A DNA stretch of 40,000 nucleotides from Chengkuizengella sp. SCS-71B (GTDB lineage Bacteria > Bacillota > Bacilli > Paenibacillales > KCTC-33759), in the NCBI RefSeq assembly GCF_040100845.1, contig NZ_JAZHSH010000001.1, forward strand, positions 3,947,772-3,987,771, written 5' to 3'. The translations under genes and the position numbers were made by a program. This document shows positions 1 to 5,758 of the stretch, in pieces. The notes under the pieces are model-generated. The model had not been told where the DNA came from and ran no database searches. It saw only the letters and a list, made by a program, of their open reading frames with translations. The number at the start of each line of letters is the position of its first letter. Within the stretch, counting starts at the first letter, position 1.

Positions 1-132
1 CAAATGATTAAAGACGGAAAGATCATACCTATCAAGAAAACTAAAAGGGATTCTTTATTTTTGAAAGTTGAAATTGAGGAAAAGAAAGTTGAAATGAGTG
101 AATTAAGGAAAAAATACCGTCCTTATGAATAA
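1..132 (+). CDS. 3' end of an ORF entering from the left edge, function unknown
   Basis: The frame is open from base 1 and ends at TAA 130-132 (…IKDGKIIPIKKTKRDSLFLKVEIEEKKVEMSELRKKYRPYE*). Only 43 aa are visible and show no recognisable motif. Confidence 0.3.
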   Translation, partial: QMIKDGKIIPIKKTKRDSLFLKVEIEEKKVEMSELRKKYRPYE

Positions 133-162
133 GAGATGAAAAAATCAAAGGGTGAAAATGTT

Positions 163-561
163 ATGAAATTAACGGATAAGTTAGATGAGCTGATGAAACA
201 GAAAGGGATTAGTCGAATGGGGCTGTCAAAAGAATCTGGAATCCCATACTCCACATTAGTTAACTTCTACGAAAAAGGCACAGACAACGTTAAACTTTCA
301 ACGTTAAAAAAACTTAGTGATTACTTTAAAGTGAGTTTAGATTTTCTTGTTTATGAAAATGTCGGAAAAGAAGATAAACTAAATGAAACACTAGAATTTT
401 ACAAAAAAAGCGTAGAAAGAAAAAATAGTTTGATAAGTAGAATAAATGAAAAAGATTCAGACACATTACAAATCAATGAAGAAATTGAATTGAGGATTTT
501 GGAGGCTGAGAGAAGATTAATAAATGAGTTTATAGAAGATTTGATTCTCTTAAAAGACTAA
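163..561 (+). CDS. XRE-family helix-turn-helix transcriptional regulator with a C-terminal coiled-coil tail
   Basis: It has an HTH_3-type motif (ISRMGLSKESGIPYSTLVNFYEKGTDNVKLSTLKKLSDYFKVSLDFLV). An AAAGGGTGA Shine-Dalgarno sits 8 nt before ATG 163, while the track start at 136 has none. The last ~60 aa are heptad-like and charged. Confidence 0.8.
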   Translation: MKLTDKLDELMKQKGISRMGLSKESGIPYSTLVNFYEKGTDNVKLSTLKKLSDYFKVSLDFLVYENVGKEDKLNETLEFYKKSVERKNSLISRINEKDSDTLQINEEIELRILEAERRLINEFIEDLILLKD

Positions 562-580
562 CCACCCTCAATAGGCGGTT
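562..580. terminator. Weak bidirectional hairpin between convergent genes
   Basis: CCACC-ctcaata-GGCGG with one mismatch, followed by TTTTATCTTTT. It lies exactly between the stop at 561 (+) and the stop at 581 (-). Confidence 0.3.
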
Positions 581-817
581 TTATCTTTTAAAAGGAGATT
601 CATAATCCCTAGTATATATAATCTTTATATTTTGAGTATTACCATCAGGACATTCTATATATCCACCTCTAACAAGTCCGTTTAATACTGAACGGACTGT
701 TTTCTCATCTTTACCTGTTTTGATTTCTAGTTCAGGAATGGTTGGCATTCTGCGTTTTGAATGAGAAAAGTTATACAAGATTCGTAATACCTTTCGTTCA
801 AGATCGGTAAGCATCAC
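581..817 (-). CDS. Small winged-helix protein resembling the LexA N-terminal DNA-binding domain, with no S24 peptidase domain
   Basis: 78 aa. The pattern LTDLERKVLRILYNF…MPTIPELEIKTGKDEKTVRSVLNGLVRGGYIE…IKIIY parallels the LexA N-terminal domain (LSKRQLDILRFI…PPSVREIGEAVGL…TVHGHLARLETKGLIRRD…IEI). The start overlaps the upstream stop (GTGATG, so GTG 817 or ATG 814). Confidence 0.6.
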   Translation of the reverse strand: MMLTDLERKVLRILYNFSHSKRRMPTIPELEIKTGKDEKTVRSVLNGLVRGGYIECPDGNTQNIKIIYTRDYESPFKR

Positions 818-1155
818 GAAACCCCCACTATATCATCAAACTTAATCCACTCATACTCACTCTCAAACTCTAGTTTAATTTGTTTTAATTGGGTATCAAA
901 TTTAGTTACTGTTCCAGTTTTAAATTCATTCTTACCAAATGAAGTAAACAATTCAATTGTTATTTCAGCCTCTTCCATCATGGATTGGGATAACTGCTCT
1001 GATATGATGTTTCTCTCTTCCTCTGCAAGTTTTGGTTTAGTTTTTCTGGTTAATTCGTGTTGAAATTCATTTATGCGTTCAACATGCTCAGGAAGCATCA
1101 TTCTGCTTGATTCCCATAGCATATTAGAGCCTGGTGTTAATTTATTTTCTTTCAT
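814..1155 (-). CDS. YolD-like protein
   Basis: It carries the hallmark NMLWESSRMMLPEHVERINEF motif of the YolD family, followed by an acidic linker and a C-terminal beta region. GAGGTGA lies 5-6 nt before ATG 1155, and the track's GTG at 1164 is less likely. Confidence 0.8.
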   Translation of the reverse strand: MKENKLTPGSNMLWESSRMMLPEHVERINEFQHELTRKTKPKLAEEERNIISEQLSQSMMEEAEITIELFTSFGKNEFKTGTVTKFDTQLKQIKLEFESEYEWIKFDDIVGVS

Positions 1156-1172
1156 TTTTCTCACCTCTTATA

Positions 1173-1192
1173 GAACATTTGTTCTAATTATA
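1173..1192 (-). promoter_or_regulatory. LexA (Cheo/SOS) box overlapping a sigma-A-type -10 element for the yolD-like operon
   Basis: GAACATTTGTTC at 1173-1184 matches GAAC-N4-GTTC perfectly. On the minus strand, TATAAT (1187-1192) lies 2 nt upstream of the box, with a weak TTGCGT -35 at 18-nt spacing. The box is 18 nt upstream of ATG 1155. Confidence 0.65.
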
Positions 1193-1342
1193 TAAGAGGT
1201 ACAGGAGGATACGCAAGAGCACAATTTAATATTTCCAAAACAAACACCCAATCAAAACAATCATAAAAACATATGATGAATTAAGTGTAAAAAGCACTAG
1301 AACAATTCCAAAAAAAACAGAATACCACTTTCTATATGATGT

Positions 1343-1530
1343 AAACCTCACTATTTATATAGTGGGGTTTTAAACTATGAAAAATGTGCGCTTGTATCAG
1401 AGCATTAACCCAAGCAGTTTAGATTTTCCTTTCATAGTATATATTACATTATATATAGAAAGGAGGGATTCGGATGAGTGCTGCAATTGTATTGGTCCTT
1501 TTCATTCTTTTAGTTATTATTTTAGTTGCT
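1343..1530 (+). repeat. Inverted-repeat arm A (hairpin + ~100-nt leader + RBS + TM-coding start of tiny peptide gene)
   Basis: Manual alignment to the reverse complement of 3282-3496 gave about 5 mismatches over ~138 nt (1343-1480). Homology then resumes over the TM-coding part. Weaker homology extends to about 1318. Confidence 0.85.
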
Positions 1531-1572
1531 TCTTGGAGCACGCTAAATACTCCAACAGGAATAGGGATCTAG
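1474..1572 (+). CDS. Tiny single-TM peptide, 32 aa (YjcZ / tiny_TM_bacill-like), paralogue A
   Basis: MSAAIVLVLFILLVIILVASWSTLNTPTGIGI*. A GAAAGGAGGG Shine-Dalgarno lies 6 nt upstream. It is not in the ORF track because it is under 60 aa. The TM-coding DNA is identical to paralogue B. Confidence 0.6.
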   Translation: MSAAIVLVLFILLVIILVASWSTLNTPTGIGI

Positions 1573-1678
1573 AGTAATCTTATTTGACTTATAAAACGTT
1601 AAATATGAAGCATAAAGTAGTTACTAAAACTTGCTTTTTAGTAAGTCTATAGATTTGAGAAAATAAAGTTTTTTTCAA

Positions 1679-1770
1679 CATAGTATATATTACATCAAAT
1701 ATAGAAAGGAGGGATTAACATGGGAGCTGCAATTGTATTGGTCCTTTTCATTCTTTTAGTTATTATTTTA
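1679..1770 (+). repeat. Tandem partial copy B of the promoter-like/RBS/TM module
   Basis: About 7 mismatches in 92 nt against 1433-1524. The 45 nt gctgcaattgtattggtccttttcattcttttagttattatttta are identical. Homology starts abruptly at CATAGTATATATTACAT. Confidence 0.8.
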
Positions 1771-1860
1771 TTAGGTGCGGGGCGCCCACACAGTTATGGA
1801 AGTTCCGTAGGAAAATTCGGATTCGGTTTATCTCCAGATTTACCACAAGGAGTATTTTAA
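1720..1860 (+). CDS. Tiny single-TM peptide, 46 aa, paralogue B
   Basis: MGAAIVLVLFILLVIILLGAGRPHSYGSSVGKFGFGLSPDLPQGVF*. It has the same GAAAGGAGGG Shine-Dalgarno. It is not in the ORF track. Confidence 0.6.
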   Translation: MGAAIVLVLFILLVIILLGAGRPHSYGSSVGKFGFGLSPDLPQGVF

Positions 1861-1934
1861 TTTTGTATTAATTTCATATAAATTTTATTTGATACCCCCA
1901 CCAGTTCACATTATGAGCCAGTGGGGAGATAAAA

Positions 1935-2123
1935 CTATATTAACTTATTTTTATCACTCTTATAGACCGTCACACCAAACAATAGAAATGTTATTACATC
2001 AACTGCCATCTGGAATGTATCTTGCTCGATCCCATAACCGTAAAATTCTATCCCCTGATATATAAGAGCAGCTATCATAAATAAAATATGTGGTTGTTTA
2101 ATTCTTTCTAAAAATGTATTCAT
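1935..2123 (-). CDS. Putative holin (XhlB / phi-LC3-like two-TM protein)
   Basis: 62 aa with two hydrophobic segments (HILFMIAALIYQGI and VDVITFLLFGVTVY). The N-terminus MNTF… and IAALI.Q resemble PBSX XhlB. It lies immediately 3' of the endolysin, 1 nt away. Confidence 0.55.
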   Translation of the reverse strand: MNTFLERIKQPHILFMIAALIYQGIEFYGYGIEQDTFQMAVDVITFLLFGVTVYKSDKNKLI

Positions 2124-2124
2124 A

Positions 2125-2838
2125 TTAATTTTCCCCTTTCTTAATTAAACTAGCTCGTTTTTCAATGTTATCCCAACCTACTTGAGCATCCAAAAACTCT
2201 CCTGTTTCACGCAATTCAATGTATGTTTTACCGTCTACTAAAAACCCTTGTACTGTTTGTTTTTCATCACCCTTTACTAGATCAATATTTACTGTTTTCA
2301 ATTCATTTTTCATTCGCTTGTCCACTTCTTTCATAAATTCATCCCATTCATTAGGATTATTCACAAACCATTTATGACAATCTTTCCAACCCACAACCTC
2401 TTTATGTAGCCATAAATCAGTTAAAGGGTTAAGGTCAAACTCCTTACAAAGTTCTACACATCGATTGACTAAGGAATTATAGGTTTCCTTAGTCATTTTT
2501 CCCTCCCAATCAACATGTGTACACTCTATTCCATAAGTACAATCATTTGGATAGTTTGATAGTCTCTCTAGTGCTTCTTTTGTATAAGTTGATGATCCCA
2601 CATGATAAGCTATTTCATCTTTTGGTATGCAAACAATCACATCACCGTTTAAGTCAATGATTTCATGAGCAGAACCATAACCATTTTTCTCGTTTTTTCT
2701 ATTTTCAAAAAATTTGCGGTTAGCTTCGGCTGTGCTTTTTTTGTTCGCAACCCAATGAATCACAACCCCTTTGATCTTTTTGAGTTTTGTACCAGGTCTC
2801 GAAAAAGGGTTAGGGGTTAGATAGTTATTAACAATCAT
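2125..2838 (-). CDS. N-acetylmuramoyl-L-alanine amidase endolysin (Amidase_2/PGRP fold) with a C-terminal wall-binding domain
   Basis: It has the motifs GVVIHWVANKKSTAEANRKFFENR and YGSAHEIIDLNGDVIVCIPKDEIAYHVGS. The C-terminal ~60 aa (VQGFLVDGKTYIELRETGEFL…) look like the Amidase02_C type of Bacillus phage lysins. Confidence 0.9.
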   Translation of the reverse strand: MIVNNYLTPNPFSRPGTKLKKIKGVVIHWVANKKSTAEANRKFFENRKNEKNGYGSAHEIIDLNGDVIVCIPKDEIAYHVGSSTYTKEALERLSNYPNDCTYGIECTHVDWEGKMTKETYNSLVNRCVELCKEFDLNPLTDLWLHKEVVGWKDCHKWFVNNPNEWDEFMKEVDKRMKNELKTVNIDLVKGDEKQTVQGFLVDGKTYIELRETGEFLDAQVGWDNIEKRASLIKKGEN

Positions 2839-3048
2839 TTACCCTCCATCCTTTCTATCATCAATTTTGTTTTCAATTCTATTAAGTTTTTTATCCAAAG
2901 AACCGAACCTTTTGCTTAATTCATCTAGGGTGTTATGGAGTCTATTTTCTCGGTTGTTGTTGTTTTTCATCACTTTTATAAGTAACCATACAAAAAGGAC
3001 CGCAAAAGGTCCCTGAGTTAAAAAATATTGAATGATATTTAATTCCAA
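2839..3048 (-). CDS. BhlA/UviB-family holin-like protein
   Basis: QYFLTQGPFAVLFVWLLIKVMK closely parallels SPbeta BhlA (QYLSTQGPFAVLFCWLLFYVMK). It has an N-terminal TM segment and a C-terminal coiled coil. The start is TTG with a GGAGG Shine-Dalgarno. Confidence 0.85.
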   Translation of the reverse strand: MELNIIQYFLTQGPFAVLFVWLLIKVMKNNNNRENRLHNTLDELSKRFGSLDKKLNRIENKIDDRKDGG

Positions 3049-3073
3049 TCTTATCCACCCTCCTTAACATGAA

Positions 3074-3102
3074 AGAACCCTGCATTAAATAGGCAGGGTT
3101 TT
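3074..3102 (-). terminator. Intrinsic terminator after tiny-TM gene C, upstream of the lysis cassette
   Basis: CCCTGC (3078-3083) and GCAGGG (3093-3098) form the stem, with a 9-nt loop. The flank is TTCTTTC on the minus strand and TTTT on the plus strand. Confidence 0.5.
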
Positions 3103-3143
3103 GATATATAAATTTATCTATTCATAGTTGATAAATACTTAGA

Positions 3144-3365
3144 TTATAATAATGTTTGGGACCCAAGGACTCCCTCACCAGTTAGAGGTCCAGCTCCTAA
3201 TCGTTGAAAAGCAAAACCTAGAGGAGCACCAGCACCAGTTCCTGAACCGACACCATTCCAACTACTCGAACGTCCACTTGCAGCAATTAAAATAATAACT
3301 AAAAGAATGAATAGTACTAATACAATTGCAGCTCCACTACCAGAACGTCTTCCATAATCACTCAT
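3144..3365 (-). CDS. Tiny-TM family peptide, 73 aa, paralogue C with a Gly-rich tail
   Basis: MSDYGRRSGSGAAIVLVLFILLVIILIAAS… followed by a Gly/Ser/Ala-rich tail. It shares the Shine-Dalgarno and leader of paralogue A. The GSG-plus-hydrophobic-core layout is typical of the YjcZ/tiny_TM_bacill family. Confidence 0.7.
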   Translation of the reverse strand: MSDYGRRSGSGAAIVLVLFILLVIILIAASGRSSSWNGVGSGTGAGAPLGFAFQRLGAGPLTGEGVLGSQTLL

Positions 3366-3496
3366 TCGAATTCCTCCTTTCTATATATAATGTAATATAT
3401 ACTATGAAAGGAAAATCTAAACTGCTTGGGTTGATGTTCTGATACAAGCGCACATTTTTCATAGATTAAAACCCCACTATATAAATAGTGAGGTTT
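3282..3496 (-). repeat. Inverted-repeat arm C
   Basis: It is the reverse complement of arm A (1343-1530). It contains a 27-nt insertion that encodes the extra N-terminal DYGRRSGSG. Confidence 0.85.
3468..3493 (-). terminator. Intrinsic terminator ending the tail-fibre operon (part of repeat arm C)
   Basis: On the minus strand: CCTCACTAT-ttat-ATAGTGGGG followed by TTTT. It lies about 135 nt after the XkdX-like stop. The same hairpin at 1346-1371 (+) has no co-directional gene upstream. Confidence 0.6.
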
Positions 3497-3627
3497 CCGT
3501 AGAAGGATTCTATGAGTGGTAATAGTTCTGCCATATATACTATGTTCATACCCTTCATTTGGTATAGACAAATGACTTGCTTGTTTGAAAATGTGTTCCA
3601 ACCCAAGTCCATACATAAAAATAGAAC

Positions 3628-3762
3628 CTATACTGTGTACGGTTCACCTACGATTTGTTCATATTGTTCTTCTGTGATCTTTGTTCTTTCAACAAATACT
3701 TTTACATTTTCTTTACTATAATACTTTGGATAATATCTTTGAACGATCTTAAACCAATCCAT
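3628..3762 (-). CDS. XkdX-family small phage protein (44 aa)
   Basis: MDWFKIVQRYYPKYYSKENVKVFVERTKITEEQYEQIVGEPYTV* matches the XkdX pattern (MDWF…, VK.FV.….IT.E.Y..I.G). It is coupled by TAATG to the upstream ORF. It is absent from the track. Confidence 0.75.
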   Translation of the reverse strand: MDWFKIVQRYYPKYYSKENVKVFVERTKITEEQYEQIVGEPYTV

Positions 3763-4691
3763 TAAATCACACCTCTCTCTACTAACGATAATGTAAGCCC
3801 TGCTATTTCTGTTTCTAGTTCTTCGATTTGGGTTTCTTTTTCAAGTGAATTAAGAAATTGTGTAGCATTCTCACTCTCTAAAGATTCTATTTGACTCTCT
3901 TTTTGTAATGAATCAAGGATAAGTGTGGCATTTTCAGATTTCAACAATTCAATCTCTTGCTCTGCTGTAAGTGGAGTCTTTGGTGCATTGATAATGTCAT
4001 CATAAGTAAATATAGAAGGTTGGTCCTCAAACTTCACCGTTTTAATCTGTTCAACATCTTCTAAAGCAGGCGCAAGTTCTTCTGTCCATCGTTCATCCTC
4101 TTTTATGACTTCTAGTGGCTCCTGATCTTCATAGGTGATAAGAGGTTCGGTTACTTCCTTGTAATATAATAGATTGCTCTCTGGATCTTCTTTTTGATTT
4201 AGGGTTAATTCCACCGTGGTACAGTTAATCATCTGACCTGTTCCTACTTGCCCCCAATATAAGAGGTTCCCATCTTCATCTACTTTGTGAACATCGCTAT
4301 AAACCTCATTTTCTTCATCCCAAACCTTTTCTATCACTGGTTCATCTGTAACCTCTGTTGTTTCCCCTCTCACGGTACGTTCATACTTCTTTTGTGTGCC
4401 ATCTTCATTGAAAATGGGAATTTGAGTTGGTGTATTTACCATCACTGGATTTTCTGTTATTTCTGTTGTTTCTATCGTTTTAGGGACCTGCTCAGATACT
4501 TCCAAAGGTTCCTGTGGAAGCAAATATAAAAGATTTCCGTCTAGATCCACTTTATGACGTTGTATGATGTCTGGTACCTGCTTGGTTAATCCTTCTAAAT
4601 CCACATCCTCAATCACAATTTCTAATGGTAAAGGTTGACGGTCAATATCAGTAACCTGATTAGTGACACGGTTTATAATGACATTAGCCAT
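3762..4691 (-). CDS. Tail-fibre-associated protein with an XkdW-like coiled-coil C-terminus
   Basis: It sits between the fibre genes and XkdX. It has repeated D.DGNLLY motifs, two 21-aa tandem repeats (SENAT…SL.KE.QIE.LE), and an ending EIAGLTLSLV similar to the XkdW tail. Confidence 0.45.
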   Translation of the reverse strand: MANVIINRVTNQVTDIDRQPLPLEIVIEDVDLEGLTKQVPDIIQRHKVDLDGNLLYLLPQEPLEVSEQVPKTIETTEITENPVMVNTPTQIPIFNEDGTQKKYERTVRGETTEVTDEPVIEKVWDEENEVYSDVHKVDEDGNLLYWGQVGTGQMINCTTVELTLNQKEDPESNLLYYKEVTEPLITYEDQEPLEVIKEDERWTEELAPALEDVEQIKTVKFEDQPSIFTYDDIINAPKTPLTAEQEIELLKSENATLILDSLQKESQIESLESENATQFLNSLEKETQIEELETEIAGLTLSLVERGVI

Positions 4692-4702
4692 TTACATCCC
4701 TC

Positions 4703-5755
4703 CTAACTGTTTTCTAGTCCTTTAATAATGTTCTCTATTCTTCTTGGTAATAGATTTAATGGATAAAGTTGGTTTTTAGATAATATCGTTTCTTCAAACT
4801 GTTGCTTTGCTTCTGGATTTTTCATTTCAATATTTAACTGAGTATAAACATCTAAGATAGCATCTTCTATCTCATTCCAATGAGTAGCCTTGATCGGTGT
4901 TACCCCTTTAATAATCGTTGAGTCAGTCCAGTTAATTGGATCAAGACCATTTCTGTTCCTAAACTCATTAACCATATCACGAATGTAATTAAAAACCTCT
5001 TTCATAAATGGATTTTCATTAGGCAATATCAAGTTTGAATGTTTAAAAAACGTTCTTGCTTGAATGCTATTCTTGGCACTCTCATTTCCTGCTGCGTCTA
5101 TAGCAATAACAGAGAGTGAATACAAAGTACCTCCCTCTAATCCAGTAAAGGTATAATTTGTTTCTATAACTGTTGTGATCAACACATCATCTAGATAAAC
5201 CTTATACCCTACAACACCCACATTATCTGTGGATGGACTCCAAATCAAATTTAGTGTATTTTCTGAAAACCCTACAATAGTTAAGTTTTTTGGTCTGCTT
5301 GGAGACTCAAGGTCCTTTTCTTCTACTTCTGCCTGCCAATCCCCTCTGAAAGTGCTAGAAAAATTATACGTACTCCCTGGATCTTCGAGTATGACCATAC
5401 ATGTGATTCGAACGCAATTTTCAGGTAAATCATTTATGCCACCACTATAATTCCTTTCACTTGTATAGTCGGTATTGCTTGATAAAATTGTAGTTCTTAC
5501 TCCATCTTTGTCATAAGCATAAATGTCAATTTCGTCAACGTGATCATCTGCTGTATAAGGTGGAGTAAAATGATATGATGTGATTTTTTTATAAACAGAT
5601 TGATCTATTCCATAATCTAGTGTAATTCTTGCGTAATTACTATCGTATAGATCAATATTCACATAGGATGAATCTGGTCGTGTCGATGTGTTTAACGTTT
5701 CCTTTTCGCTACTAAAGTTGAGAAAATTCCCTGAGAATATAGCCATATCATCCAC
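4703..5755 (-). CDS. Tail fibre / receptor-binding accessory protein with a fibronectin type III domain
   Basis: PSRPKNLTIVGFSENTLNLIWSPSTDNVGVVGYKVYLDD…YTFTGLEGGTLYSLSVIAIDAAGNES is a canonical FN3 signature. It lies directly after the large fibre gene. Confidence 0.7.
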   Translation of the reverse strand: MDDMAIFSGNFLNFSSEKETLNTSTRPDSSYVNIDLYDSNYARITLDYGIDQSVYKKITSYHFTPPYTADDHVDEIDIYAYDKDGVRTTILSSNTDYTSERNYSGGINDLPENCVRITCMVILEDPGSTYNFSSTFRGDWQAEVEEKDLESPSRPKNLTIVGFSENTLNLIWSPSTDNVGVVGYKVYLDDVLITTVIETNYTFTGLEGGTLYSLSVIAIDAAGNESAKNSIQARTFFKHSNLILPNENPFMKEVFNYIRDMVNEFRNRNGLDPINWTDSTIIKGVTPIKATHWNEIEDAILDVYTQLNIEMKNPEAKQQFEETILSKNQLYPLNLLPRRIENIIKGLENS

Positions 5756-5758
5756 CCC

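Noticed and set aside
1200-1340. Prophage attachment site or integrase at the left end
   Set aside because: No integrase gene, tRNA or recognisable direct repeat is visible. The other prophage end lies outside the window, so the boundary cannot be placed.
1377-1577. 66-aa plus-strand ORF from the track, spanning the repeat leader
   Set aside because: It has no Shine-Dalgarno. It runs out of frame through the strongly supported tiny-TM gene (ATG 1474 with GGAGG). In arm C the corresponding frame stops after 34 codons. It is most likely non-coding leader sequence.
1861-1934. Possible bidirectional terminator between tiny-TM gene B and the holin gene
   Set aside because: It has only a 6-bp stem (CCCCAC/GTGGGG), a 19-nt loop and no T-tract on either strand.
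1343-3496. Site-specific invertible segment of the Mu G / P1 C type, or a shufflon
   Set aside because: No invertase or recombinase gene is present in the window. The arms are 150-215 bp long rather than short crossover sites. The enclosed genes are lysis genes, not alternative fibre C-termini. Inversion by homologous recombination is still kept as a finding.
3362-3721. Track ORFs 3362-3616 (-) and 3512-3721 (+)
   Set aside because: Both cover the repeat leader and hairpin, or lie antisense to the XkdX-like gene. Their compositions are implausible and they have no ribosome-binding site. The frame of the first is closed in the homologous arm A.
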